DNA of 63,236 nt, the filler included, from Octopus bimaculoides (Eukaryota), in assembly GCF_001194135.2 (NCBI RefSeq). It is 8 parts of 7 records of this genome, joined end to end, with 100 filler letters (N's around TTAATTAATTAA, not from the genome) between each part and the next. Parts side by side here need not be neighbours in the genome. Positions count along the whole stretch, not along the records: positions 25,693 to 34,471 come from NC_068986.1; positions 34,572 to 48,874 come from NC_068989.1; 6 more parts are not named here. One strand, written 5' to 3'. Below, piece by piece: positions 28,051 to 40,181 of this stretch. Below the pieces are notes generated by a model. The model saw only the letters and a list, made by a program, of their open reading frames with translations, did no database searches and was not told the origin of the DNA. Every line of letters starts with the position of its first letter. Position 1 is the first letter of the stretch. The position numbers were made by a program, and so were the translations under genes.

Positions 28051-28362
28051 AATTATATATATTTATATATATATTTACTGTATATATATATGAACATATA
28101 TATATATCATACATACAAACACACACATATATGTATACACATTATTTTATTCTTTTACTTGTTTCAGTCATTAGTTCCCGACAATTTTGGAGCATCAACT
28201 TAAAGGTATTTGGGTCGAGCAAATCGACACCCTGAAATTTTTTTAAGCCTAGTATGTTTTCTATTAGTCTCATTTGTGGAACTGCTAGGTTACGTAGACA
28301 TAAGCACACTTGCAGAGACTGTCAAGCGGTGATAGGTGACAAAGGCTCGCACACTGATATAC

Positions 28363-29049
28363 AAATTTGAATTTTTATTTGCATACATAGGATCTCTTCT
28401 GAAATGTAAAATAACTTCGATATGGAAAAAAAATTGCAACCTTCTATTTAAAAAAATTACTATTGTAACTGAAACTTGTTTTTCTACTTTCTATGGACTG
28501 CTCGAAGCTTAGTAACTTACGACACCTCGATTATTCTATCTTACATTTCATTTTATATATGTGTGTGCATATATTTGTGCGTTAGCGTAAGTAACGATAA
28601 ACTTCGGAAGTTATAATTACTCAACAAGGGGGACTCAACCAACTACACATCAAGCCGAAAATACCTTAGTTAAATGAAGGGTAGATTATTGTCCATGCCC
28701 CGTGAGTTAACTTAGGATCCCTTGATGACAGTGCAACTATGATTTAACTGAGTTATCTTCAGTAGGATGTGTAGCTTGTGGAGTATCCTCGTTGAGTTAT
28801 TATTAATTCCGAAGTTCTGCTACTTAGGAAACGTAGCATGGAGTTTGCATGCTCCCGTCCCTAAATTTGAATTTTTGTATTTGCATGCATACGATCGCTT
28901 GTGAACTGTAAAATAACTTCGATATGGGAAACATTGGCAACTTTCTATGTCAATAGACCACTATTGTACCTGGAAGTTGCTTTTATACCTTCTACGGAAT
29001 GCTAGAAGCTTGCTAACTTCCGAAACCTGAATTATTGGATCTTACATTT
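28363..29049 (+). repeat. Diverged direct repeat pair (28363-28548 and 28863-29049)
   Basis: Both start aaatttgaattttt, share tgtaaaataacttcgatatgg and end atcttacattt; about 75% identity by eye. Confidence 0.85.
28588..28826. repeat. About 240-bp palindromic MITE-like element
   Basis: aacttcggaagttataattactcaac...ctacacatc pairs with gatgtgtag...gttgagttattattaattccgaagtt; central gttaac. Confidence 0.8.
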
Positions 29050-29509
29050 ACATAACATTTTATATACTTGTATATGGTGTTTTGTGAATTTAGGGAAAGG
29101 AATTCCATAAAACAGAAGAGAAGATGTTTAAATATATAAGATAATTTTAATTCATGCAGACTATCGCTTCGTACAGAGATATAAAACGTATGCAAATTCA
29201 TGGTTGATTTAAATTTATTAAATTAATTATATATTACAGTATTTAGTGCAAAAAGTATAAATAAAGTTCTTGACGAAGGAATTGAGAAAGGAAATTGTTG
29301 AGTTTTATGGGATTTCTTTCCATGAATTCACAAACCATTTACAAGTATTATTTTCATATTCACAAGTTTACGCCTGTAAACTACTAGCAAAATATGAAGA
29401 ATCAATATTGGAAATCGTTTTTGGAAACCTCCAAATTGAGTGACGAATCTACTTCAACATTTTTATACATATATCATTTTATTTAAATATAGTGAGAATT
29501 TACAAAAGG

Positions 29510-29660
29510 AAAACAAAAAGAAAACGAAGACGGGTATATAAATAACATACCGATGTATTAGTTTAACGATCGGGAAGTGAGAAAGTCTTTTTCGTTTCGA
29601 GCTTACGCTCTTCGACAGAAAGGAACACAAAAAATAGAGAAAATAGAAAATAGAAGATAT
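29510..29660 (-). mobile_element. Penelope-like terminal repeat fragment with a hammerhead-like motif; second copy at about 1560-1710(+)
   Basis: Shared cctttctgtcgaagagcgta(a/g)gctcgaaa...aaagacttt and cgtcttcgt...ttttg. Confidence 0.55.
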
Positions 29661-30389
29661 ATATATGTATATATTATGTGCGTGTGTGTGTGTGCATGTG
29701 GGTGTGCATGTGTGTGTGCATGTGTGTGTACATGTGTGTGTGTGTGTGCATGTGTATGTGTCTATTTGTGCGTGTATGTGTGTCTGAGTGTGAATAAGGA
29801 TAATTGTCTTGTATGCATAGGCGCAAGCGTAGTTGTGTTGTTTGACGTTTGCTTGACAACCACCTTACTCTGTCGGTTATCTGCTATACCTTTCGGCTAA
29901 TCAAAGACGTGTGAATAATTTTAGCAGTGAAAGAAGCCGGTTGTATATATGTGTGTATACAGCTATGTGAATACGCCTGTGTATATACACCGTGTATGTG
30001 TTAAGCACCCACCACTGCTTGAATAACGGTGTTCGTGGCTTTACTTCCCGATAACTTAGCAGTTGGGAAAAGATTTGAAAGTGTAAGCATCACACTTTAA
30101 AAACGTCAGTACTGGACCAGATTCACTCGATGAAAAGTTATTCAAAACCGGTACCGCCGCACTTATTCATGGCGGCATTGCAGTGACTAAAGCAATTAGA
30201 AAGTACAATATAAAAAAGGTACATAATTGATAAATTAAACTATTTAAAGGAATTACTGATTATTGAAATATGTCCAAGTGTGCGTATGTGTAAGAGACGA
30301 AGGGAGCGTATATATATATATATATGTATATATGTGAATGCATGCATGCTTATGAAATGTTTGGATATAGTTGAAAATACTCTAGGTTG

Positions 30390-31013
30390 AAGGCCCGAAA
30401 TTTTGGTGGAGGGGGCCAGTCGATTAGATCGACTCCAGTATTCAACAGGTACTTAATTTATCGTCCTCGAAAAGAAAAGTCGACTCCAACGGAATTGGAA
30501 CTCAGAACGTACAGACAGATGAAACACTGCTAAGAATTAGGCCCGGCGTGGTCATGTTTTTTATTTCTTTTCTACCCAAAAGGGGCTACACACAGAGGGG
30601 ACAAACAAAGACAAGCACACGTATTAAGTCGATTATATCGACCCCAGTGCGTAGCTGATACTTATTTAATCGACCCCGAAAGGATGAAAGGCAAAGTCGA
30701 CCTCGGCGGAATTTGAACTCAGAACGTAGCAGCAGACGAAATACCGCTAAGCATTTCGCCCGGCGAAGTTTCTGCCAGCTCGCCACCTTCATATAGTTAA
30801 ACACATTCTTTTCTAATCTAGGTACAAGGCCCGAAATTTTGGGGGAGGGGGCCAGTTTATTAGATAGACCCCAGTACTCAACTGGTATTTGATTTATCGA
30901 CTTCGAAAGGCAAAGCCGACCCCGACAGATTTTCAACTCAGAACGTAAATACAGACGAATTACCACTAAGCATTTCGCCCCGCGTGCTAACGTTTCTGCC
31001 AACTTGCCGCCGT
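30390..31013 (-). mobile_element. Three tandem SINE family 1 copies just downstream of the GPCR stop
   Basis: Copies at about 30390-30545, 30565-30787 and 30805-31013, all in the same orientation as the GPCR. Confidence 0.85.
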
Positions 31014-31071
31014 TATATAATTGAAAATATTGAAATGTTAAGTACTTCCTATCAATAAAATGTGTTAATTA

Positions 31072-31998
31072 TTATAATTTTGTCTCAATATGATATATAT
31101 TGCGCCTATTATTTGTTAGGGGTTGGCTTTTCAAAAGTATAAGCTTCAGATTTTCACGAAAACTTTTACTAACTATGAAATACATCATAAAGTTAACGCA
31201 GTTATTCAAAAGAGATAGCATCTCCAGTAAATAGTAAGTGGAATCAATGTTGCATTCCGTGAATATTATAGCATAGTAATAGAAAGTAGCAGGAAATGTT
31301 GTTAACAGAAATACAACATTTATAGTAATTACGATATATATTGAGTTCCTATTTGGAGTTGCACCTCTTCCATTAGAATTCTGTCCAAATTTAGGTCGAT
31401 TGAATAATTTATAAATTAAAATAATAGAACTTAAAGCTAAACAAACTGTTGGTATTAAACAATGAAAGATAATGGCGAGTGCGAAACGATAGACAGTACT
31501 TAGTAGAACGAAAAATATGATACAGTATGACACAACAGCAATAAGAAGTTGGATGAACATTACAATGTATGGGGTAATAATGTTCGTAGAAAAGTGGCGT
31601 GAAAATGGGTAATAGACAGCCAACAAACGTTCAACAGAAATACTGACTGATATCCATGAAGAATATGTAAATAACATATTAATTATGTGATTAAAAGGAT
31701 TATTTCCATACAAATTTGTATTTGTACTCGAAAATTCCAAATCATACGATGTCCAAATACTTCTTATGCAAGTCATCAAGATTAGAAAAGTATCGACAAT
31801 AAGAAGGCAGAGAAGATATGGATTAATTTTAGATTTCTGCATAGGTTTGCTGCAAAATATTGCCATGGTGGTTAAATTACCGATAGTTCCAACTGTTAAC
31901 AAAATTATGGATCCGTAACGTACAAAATGAATGACAGTAATGTTGGTTATAATACGTACCAAGGTACAGTTGATAGGCATGCTGCCCGTTGCATACAT
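31072..31998 (-). CDS. Intronless class A (rhodopsin-like) 7TM GPCR, FMRFamide-receptor/Srw-like orphan or putative chemoreceptor, 308 aa
   Basis: Uninterrupted ORF. The track starts it at TTG 32013; the first ATG is at 31998 and there is an in-frame upstream stop at 32023-32025. Seven hydrophobic segments with TM1 GTIGN, TM2 LLIVD, TM3 SSWISVSISVERLLAVYYP (DRY-type), TM5 LIP, TM6 FLLTTFP, TM7 NNCVNFMMY (NPxxY-type), helix 8 SKSFRENL, and N-terminal sequons NCT and NIT. Confidence 0.92.
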   Translation of the reverse strand: MYATGSMPINCTLVRIITNITVIHFVRYGSIILLTVGTIGNLTTMAIFCSKPMQKSKINPYLLCLLIVDTFLILMTCIRSIWTSYDLEFSSTNTNLYGNNPFNHIINMLFTYSSWISVSISVERLLAVYYPFSRHFSTNIITPYIVMFIQLLIAVVSYCIIFFVLLSTVYRFALAIIFHCLIPTVCLALSSIILIYKLFNRPKFGQNSNGRGATPNRNSIYIVITINVVFLLTTFPATFYYYAIIFTECNIDSTYYLLEMLSLLNNCVNFMMYFIVSKSFRENLKLILLKSQPLTNNRRNIYHIETKL

Positions 31999-32094
31999 TA
32001 TTACAAATATCAACAGTTCTGGTCACACTGAATAAATTTATCTAGTATATCAACAACAACAATAATAATAATGATAATAATAATAATAATAATA

Positions 32095-32126
<32 letters not shown>

Positions 32127-33469
32127 GAATTAGAACAACATCAGGGCTGAGCAAATAGAGACATCAGTCCTTGGAACTGCGAGAAAAGTTCCTGAAGATT
32201 AAAGATGTCATTCATTTCCAATATGCTGCAACAATATGTCTGGACATATGAAAATATGACCTTGCTTACAAACAGTAGAAAGTTGGCGACAGAAATGCAT
32301 CTGACCATAGAAAATCTGCCTCAAATAAATTTCGTCTGACCCATGAAAGCGTAGAAAAGTGAACGATAAAATGCAAATGGAATTAATGAAATGACCCGAG
32401 AATTGAACTCAAGTCTACTAGTTAAACTAGTACACTTAACACTTGATGCTTATATTTACTACTTCATTGATTACACTAGCTGCTAGTAGGCGAGAGTTCA
32501 ATCCTTGGTTTAGTTGTTATGGACACCTGACAGACGTATTACACTGGCAGGAACGGACGTTGTGTGATAATCAGAAGAACAACAGTAACGACATCAGCAA
32601 CAATAGTAACAATACTAATACTATTAATGATAATAATAAAAATAGAAATCGTATAAAACAATTATAAAAATTTTCTCATATGTAATAAATTGAATTTCAT
32701 GGAAGCAATAATTTCCGTCGGTATGCGTTACGCTTTCTCATATATTCTTCCGTATAAAAGTGTGCATAAATGTATGAAAATAGTTATATATACATGCGTA
32801 TATATATATATATATATATATATNNNNNNNNNNNNNNNNNNNNNNNNNNNNNNNNNNNNNNNNNNNNNNNNNNNNNNNNNNNNNNNNNNNNNNNNNNNNN
32901 NNNNNNNNNNNNNNNNNNNNNNNNNNNNNNNNNNNNNNNNNNNNNNNNNNNNNNNNNNNNNNNNNNNNNNNNNNNNNNNNNNNNNNNNNNNNNNNNNNNN
33001 NNNNNNNNNNNNNNNNNNNNNNNNNNNNNNNNNNNNNNNNNNNNNNNNNNNNNNNNNNNNNNNNNNNNNNNNNNNNNNNNNNNNNNNNNNNNNNNNNNNN
33101 NNNNNNNNNNNNNNNNNNNNNNNNNNNNNNNNNNNNNNNNNNNNNNNNNNNNNNNNNNNNNNNNNNNNNNNNNNNNNNNNNNNNNNNNNNNNNNNNNNNN
33201 NNNNNNNNNNNNNNNNNNNNNNNNNNNNNNNNNNNNNNNNNNNNNNNNNNNNNNNNNNNNNNNNNNNNNNNNNNTAGCATGTAACACTAAAGATCATTAG
33301 ATCGTGGGTTCGATTCCAAAAACAGTGGTGTGTGTTGTTTCTGAATAAATCGTTTCGTTTCACAGTGCTCCAATTCATTCAGCTGTAAAATATGTAATTC
33401 TGAGACGGGAAATTTGAAATGTTGGTATGACCGCTGAATCAACGTTACGGTATTCTTTGAAGGCTACAA

Positions 33470-33826
33470 GGTTGTTCGCACTACGTCGCTTACGACGTCG
33501 AGGGTTCCAGTTCAACGGAACAGCCTGCTCGTGAAATTAACGTGCAAGTGGCTGAGCACTCCACAGACACGTGTACCCTTAACGTAGTTCTCGAGGGATA
33601 TTCAGCTGACCCTTTGAATTACGGGCACAACAGGAAGTAAGAGTGAAAGAAAGTTGTGGTGGAAGAGTACAGAAGGTTTCGCCACCATCCCCTGCCGGAG
33701 CCTCGTGGAACTTTAGGTGTTTTCGCTCAATAAACACTCACAACGCCCGGTCTGGGAATCGAAACCGCAATCCTATGACCGCGAATCCGGTGCCCTAACC
33801 ACTGGGCCACTGGGCCATTGCGCCTC
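33470..33826 (-). mobile_element. SINE family 3 with a tRNA-Arg(TCG)-like head
   Basis: Minus strand reads ggcgcaatggcccagtgg(cccagtgg)ttagggcaccggattcgcggtcataggattgcggtttcgattcccagacc, then a roughly 280-bp body. There is an 8-bp duplication in the A box. Confidence 0.75.
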
Positions 33827-34437
33827 TACGAAGGATACAACGAAACAGCGTAAATTAGTCATGAAGAAATATTCCGATTTCTTCTGAAAAAATAAATCCA
33901 GGAGAAATAAAGGCTAGAAAATATTAGGCTTAACAGTTTTCACTTAATTCCATTACGATTCATTAAAACAATTCTCCAGGATAAATTGGATAAATTAAAC
34001 AAAATTTCGTGTGCTGAAGGTAACAAAAATTACAGCTATTGTTTTTGCGCAGTCAAAACATATTCACCATGATGGCGGAGATAGAAATGGCGATCCAGAT
34101 GGCGAAGTTGATTTTTATAGATAACATTATGAACGTGATAATATTATATGTAGTTGTTCAATTATACAAGAAATCAATATATACAAACAGTTATGCTTTA
34201 GTCAAACATACTGTATGTTTTCAGTAGATTTTTTTGACATTTGCACAAAAGAGTCTGCACTGTTTAGTGTAGCCATATAACTGGGTTTAACCATGTGGAA
34301 GCATAACCACACCCACAAACACTAAGACAGCACGTACGCACACACATACGACACCTCACACACACACACAACTCCCAACACACACACACACACACACACA
34401 CACTTATATATCAATGTAAGTCAAGTTGTTCTATGCA

Positions 34438-34471
<34 letters not shown>

Positions 34472-35597
34472 NNNNNNNNNNNNNNNNNNNNNNNNNNNNN
34501 NNNNNNNNNNNNNNNTTAATTAATTAANNNNNNNNNNNNNNNNNNNNNNNNNNNNNNNNNNNNNNNNNNNNGGAGGGGTGATGGTGGTAGTGGTGGTGGT
34601 GGCGGCGGCGGCATCGGCGGTGTTCTAGTTAGGTAGACGCTATGGTAAAGATAGAGGGAACAGCTTGTTGTCAGTCTTAGCAGTCGGACTACTTAATGTC
34701 GATGTAAGAGCGGCAGTAATGGAGGTGCCAGTGTCATGGGATGCAGTGGTGATTGTGGTGGTTGTAGTGACGGTAGAGGGCGCTTATTAACGACGCCTTC
34801 ATACTGGTTGCTTCCTCCCAACTTCCACATGTTCTAAAGTTACCTAATGTGTTCTGCTCCATTACTTTTTTTTACCGATTCTCTTAGGAAAAGCATTGAT
34901 CCTCCTTCAACGGAATCAGAANNNNNNNNNNNNNNNNNNNNNNNNNNNNNNNNNNNNNNNNNNNNNNNNNNNNNNNNNNNNNNNNNNNNNNNNNNNNNNN
35001 NNNNNNNNNNNNNNNNNNNNNNNNNNNNNNNNNNNNNNNNNNNNNNNNNNNNNNNNNNNNNNNNNNNNNNNNNNNNNNNNNNNNNNNNNNNNNNNNNNNN
35101 NNNNNNNNNNNNNNNNNNNNNNNNNNNNNNNNNNNNNNNNNNNNNNNNNNNNNNNNNNNNNNNNNNNNNNNNNNNNNNNNNNNNNNNNNNNNNNNNNNNN
35201 NNNNNNNNNNNNNNNNNNNNNNNNNNNNNNNNNNNNNNNNNNNNNNNNNNNNNNNNNNNNNNNNNNNNNNNNNNNNNNNNNNNNNNNNNNNNNNNNNNNN
35301 NNNNNNNNNNNNNNNNNNNNNNNNNNNNNNNNNNNNNNNNNNNNNNNNNNNNNNNNNNNNNNNNNNNNNNNNNNNNNNNNNNNNNNNNNNNNNNNNNNNN
35401 NNNNNNNNNNNNNNNNNNNNNNNNNNNNNNNNNNNNNNNNNNNNNNNNNNNNNNNNNNNNTATATATATATGTGTGTGTGTGTATGTGTTTGTGTGACTG
35501 TTTGTCAACACAACATCGCTTGACAACCGAAACTGGTGTGTTTATATCCTCGTAACATAGCGGTTCGGTAAAAGAGGCCGATAGAATAAGTACTAGG

Positions 35598-35843
35598 CTG
35601 TTCAGAAGGTCCCTGAATAAGGTTTGTTGAAGTATGATAAACGAAACGCCCATGATTCCAGAAATGAATTATTCAAACTCCAAAGAATTCCTCTCGACAC
35701 ATGGCTATGATGCTTCTCCACTACTTCTGCTCGTGATCAGAGATGGACATATCGTCAGCCATCAAGGGACAGGCTCAACTGGTTAAGGTCAAACAACTGA
35801 CAAGCAAATCTGTGGTATTGAGCAGAATATTTGCTGTAGCCCA
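35598..35843 (+). repeat. Fragment of a TAA-associated dispersed repeat; overlapping fragment at 9422-9571
   Basis: Shared block ttca(a/g)aaggtcc(t/c)tgaat(g/a)agg(g/t)ttgtt; both abut TTA/TAA tracts. Confidence 0.55.
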
Positions 35844-35865
35844 TCTAATAATCATTATTATTGTG

Positions 35866-35900
<35 letters not shown>

Positions 35901-37943
35901 ATGAATTAGAAACAATGCAAGTGTTGTAGACATTATCGACCACACATACTCAATGGATGTACTTTGCTTCTTCGCCAGTAGGTTAAAATATGGCTCGGTG
36001 GAGATGACGCTTTCAAAGTGCTGGGTATTAAAACACCTGATAGTCATAAACAAGCTAGATAACTCTCGCCAAATCCAATTCAGGAGTGATGGTCATCGAT
36101 GTTTCACCATTTTTGTGGCTTATCAATATCACATCCCTCAACCGAATTAGAGGCGAACTGCATCGCCAGTCCATGACTATATGCATATAAGTAAAAACCA
36201 TTTTATGGTATTCCTCGACGATGGTTACGAAACAATAAATTTACGTATCAATTAGACAGTGCTAGCGCTGTAAACATTATCAAACTAACATACTCAAAAG
36301 AAGAGGTAAAATAGAACCAGTGTGTGTATTTATTATTGGCTAAATAACCCTCCCGAGATACAACAAAATACTTTATAATAGTTTTATAATCACGATGATT
36401 CAGACTATACCATTTTGTATCCATGTTACATATATTCTTTCTACGTCAGACTTGTGTAGTATATTCTAAATGCTATCATTATTTTCTTTTGTCTGTTTTA
36501 TCTTCCTAATTCATTTAGCGTCCAATTAAGATTATTGTAAATATATTGTATTGCAAGTTTTAGAAGCTGTTACCTTTTTTCTTTAGTATTTAACTCTATT
36601 TTAAGTATTGATCAGCTTCCTATCAAATACTCCTTCCTAATTTTCTTTCTCTTTTCTTTGAATATAAAACTCTTTCTATTTCATTTATACCTACTTATTT
36701 AATTTTCATTGCTCTCTTTCTCTTTATCTAAAAGGATACGTATTTTCGTCGCTAACTTTCTGTCTTCGAGGTTGCGCAGGTGCATATTTCTATTTCAACT
36801 CTCAATAATTCATATATTAAGTCCGTGTACTATCTGTAGCGGTGTTTTGTAATTATATATCACTGACAGCTTATGTATTGAGGCTGTCCATACTAGAGTA
36901 AATGTGGTTTCTTATTTTTTGAAATCCTAATCTTTTTGTATCTGCGGAATTATTTGCCATCTATGCATGGTGTGTTCTATATATCTGGTGTTGTCTTATT
37001 CATAAACAAATGTTTCTATGTTTCTCGTATGAAGAAAGCCTTCTTTTTGCCATTCCGTGCCATAATCTCCTTCTATAGACTTCTGTTCTGGGTTTACTGA
37101 TCAGTAATTAATATTTAAGGCAAACACGCTTTTGTAGTACTTCTGCTCCTTTGGAGGAAAATGGTTGGGGTATTGTGACGAGGTTCTACATGAGTGGGTA
37201 TGAGACATTTTTCCACGGCTGTTTTAGCGCTGCCTCTTTCATATCGGTGATTCGACGCTGGCTGACTTATTTGACATCAGACGTCTTAATGTTTCTCTCG
37301 TTCTCTCCCTCCCCTACGTCTCTCTGTCTCTCTTTCTCTTTCTCTGTCACGCTCGCTCGCTCGCTCATTCACACTTTCTGTGTGTGTGTGTGTGTGTGTG
37401 TATGTGTGGGTGGGTGTGTGTGTGGGTGTGTGTGTGTGTTTTCTCCCAGTGCCAAAAAGGAATGTCAACAAAAGAGGTTGAATGTCCGGCCAGCCGTGTC
37501 AAATCCTCAACGTCCAAAAAGCTGCGCTCAGTCGTCTCATTCCGTACATTAATTTTCATTGCGACATTATTATAGTTAAAACTTTGGAAACTGCTGTGAG
37601 ACAGTTTTAGTATATTTGGACTTGTAATTTTTATATCAGTCAAAGATATAAAAATGGTTTTCTCTTTAGTTCCCGGTCATGTTCTGTTTCCGGCTCATCA
37701 CCATCATTATTAAACAACTCTACAAATACTACATGTGTCTTCCAATATTTTAATCAGAAGATTGGGTTTGCAACATTTCCAGGAAGTTTCCTGTTGTTTC
37801 CTTTTTGTAACGACTACTTCCGGTGATGATATTGCCTCCAACAATGCTCAGGTGGTACGTTGATTTGTTTGAACAATCTCGTCCGTAGTTCTCCCTTCGC
37901 TGTACATATGTGTGCGCGCGCGTGTATATATATATATATATAA

Positions 37944-38000
<57 letters not shown>

Positions 38001-38771
38001 TGTGTGTGTGTGTATATATACTCACCCACACACACACGCATACACACATATATATGTATGTATCTATGTACGCATTTTTACACACATACACACACACATA
38101 TCTATGAATATATATGTATGTATGCAAGTTTGTATGTATATATGTATGTTATATGTAAGTATGTATGTGTGTGTGCATGTATGTGCTTCGGGCACAAGTA
38201 ACGGTTAATTTTATTTTAAACTTTTCTATTAGCATCTCTGTCGTGTGTCACACAGTGTGGTCGGCGTAATTGAAAAAGAATAAAGACATGTTAGTAGTAA
38301 GCTCTCTAAACACCTACTGCAAGAGGCTTCCATCATTGCCATATGTTTGTAAAAGTGTGTAGGTCTTTGGGAGGATTAAAAAGGCACATATGCACTACTC
38401 TGCACTAAGAGAACAATCGATAGATTTGCTGAAAATTGAGATGCAGCCATCACGTATGTGTGTATTGTATGTATGTATGTGTGTGCGCGCGTGTGTGTTC
38501 TCTATCTCTTTTTAATTTAGAATAAATTTTGACTGGCCACGTACTTAGTAGCGGGCTTGTGAAGGAAAGCATCTTGTTTTGCTCATTATTCTTGCAGATT
38601 TTTATAGTCCCATATATGGCGATTATTTGTAGCGTATGAATTAAGGATTTGTGTTCTATCCCCACTATCCTAAATTCCCTACACATTGGTCCAGACTGGC
38701 TGGTATGTATCCTGTGTCTACAAGAATAATAAGAATGAATCTGAAAGTGAATGGATCTATTCCATCGCAAA

Positions 38772-39000
38772 CACAGATTTTTTCATTAATTTTTTTTTTT
38801 TAGCTAAACATTTTGAAATTTCGAATACGTCGTTGATTGGTTGAAATTGTCCAAATACGACAAATTTAACACGAAATAACTTCAAAAATACGAATTTTTG
38901 TCAAAAATGTTCAGAGTAAACCGTGTTTCACGTGAGAAATTCTACCAATATTCAAAGTTTCAAACTGTTTGGTTAAAACAAATTAATTAAAAAATCTGTG
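38772..39000. mobile_element. 229-bp MITE with CACAG...CTGTG termini and about 55-bp TIRs
   Basis: cacagattttttcattaatt...tttgaaatttcgaata versus tattcaaagtttcaaa...aattaattaaaaaatctgtg; no TSD evident. Confidence 0.7.
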
Positions 39001-39076
39001 ATTGAGATGGAATAGATCCAAGTGAATCTTGAATACTGGATTTGCAAGTTCGTTATAAGTGGTCCATAGATGCATA

Positions 39077-39474
39077 GGCACAGGAGCGGCTGTGTGGTAA
39101 GTTGTTTGCTTACCAACCACATGGTTCCGGGTTCAATCCCACTGCATGGCACCTTGGGCAATTGTCTTCTACTATAGCCTCGGGTCGACCAAAGCCTTGT
39201 GAATGAATTTGGTAGACGGAAACTGAAAGAAGCCCGTCGTATATGTATTTATATATGTATATGTTTGTGTGTGTCCCCCACCCAACATCGCTTGACAAAC
39301 GATGTTGGCGTTTACGTCCCCGTAACCTAGCGGCTCGGCAAAAGAGAACCGATAGAATAAGTACTAGGCTTACAAAGAATAATAAGTCCTGGGGTCGATT
39401 TGCTCGACTAAAAGGCGGTGCTCCAGCATGGCCGCAGTTAAAATGACTGAAACAAGTAAAAGAATAAAAGAATA
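39077..39474 (+). mobile_element. Full-length SINE family 2 (tRNA head, CORE-like block, internal TA/TG microsatellite, 3' body)
   Basis: A box tggctgtgtggtaag-type, B box ggttcaatcc, CORE-like ggcaccttgggcaa, and tail agtaaaagaataaaag. Other full or partial copies near 1260-1470(-), 2200-2410, 5175-5320, 10106-10835, 13496-13913(-), 19370-19520(-), 20900-21270, 22305-22380(-), 25700-25875(-), 28140-28350(-), 35470-35597, 43965-44100 and 62310-62612. Confidence 0.88.
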
Positions 39475-39789
39475 GCTGCCTTCTTCCTCTTGTATTTTCC
39501 TAACAACATTGGTGTCCAGAATATATCTTTTCCTTGTGGTCCCACACAACAGTAACTGACCGGTTCTTTTAACTTGGTGGCTGTTTTCATCTTTAAGTTC
39601 CACCACTATTCTTTTGAGTTGTCGCTCTCTATATTCTCAACTTCGTCTGTCGGTGTTTTCGTTTTTTTGTTATCCTGTTCCAGACAGTTCTGGCTACCGC
39701 GTCATGTGTCATGAGAAGATAATATCTGAAAGACATTCTCTTGCTGCAGGAAATAATGTAGTTGATGTCTTCAGTCTTGGTCTTGCTCA

Positions 39790-39890
39790 GCGAATCACGC
39801 TGCCACACGTATGGTCTACCAGTGGCAACCCGTGGTCAAACCCGGCCTTTTACCAGTTTCCAGCAGTTTCATATAGTCGTCTGAATTACG
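39790..39890 (-). mobile_element. Tc1/mariner (maT/DD37D-like) transposase relic
   Basis: Minus strand gives NSDDYMKLLET and, after a frameshift, RVATGRPYVWQRDS, matching the second-aspartate region of maT-type transposases as I recall it. Confidence 0.6.
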
Positions 39891-40149
39891 CCTGTGTTCC
39901 TTCGTAGTCACCGTTGCGGCATTCCACGTCACCTCTCACAACCTTCCCAGGGCACTGAGCAGCAACCATGTTGTTGCCATGCCTTCCAGTTTTTATGTCA
40001 GCTAACTTTTTTTTAACTGCAACTTTAATCATCATGCTCTCCAACGTCGTTGACTGTTCGCCGCCAATACATCAAACGGTTCTCGAAGAAAGGAGACAAA
40101 ATGTCGTCAAATTTAGCCGAACATTTTATATGTGTGTGAGTGTGTATGT

Positions 40150-40181
<32 letters not shown>

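Noticed and set aside
33740-33826. tRNA-Arg-like sequence
   Set aside because: It continues into a SINE body, has a duplicated A box and lacks a proper acceptor stem, so it is a SINE head. The same applies to the other tRNA-like heads.
34572-34790. GC-rich Thr/Ser-rich minus-strand frame
   Set aside because: About 48 codons of low-complexity, microsatellite-derived sequence next to a gap.
36480-37300. Possible Penelope N-terminal relic on the minus strand
   Set aside because: Lys/Arg-rich fragments with many stops and no motif I can support.
38599-38790. Protein-like frame GFVFYPHYPKFPTHWSRLAGMYP after a good acceptor
   Set aside because: All three frames hit a stop soon after the acceptor, and no homology is recognised.
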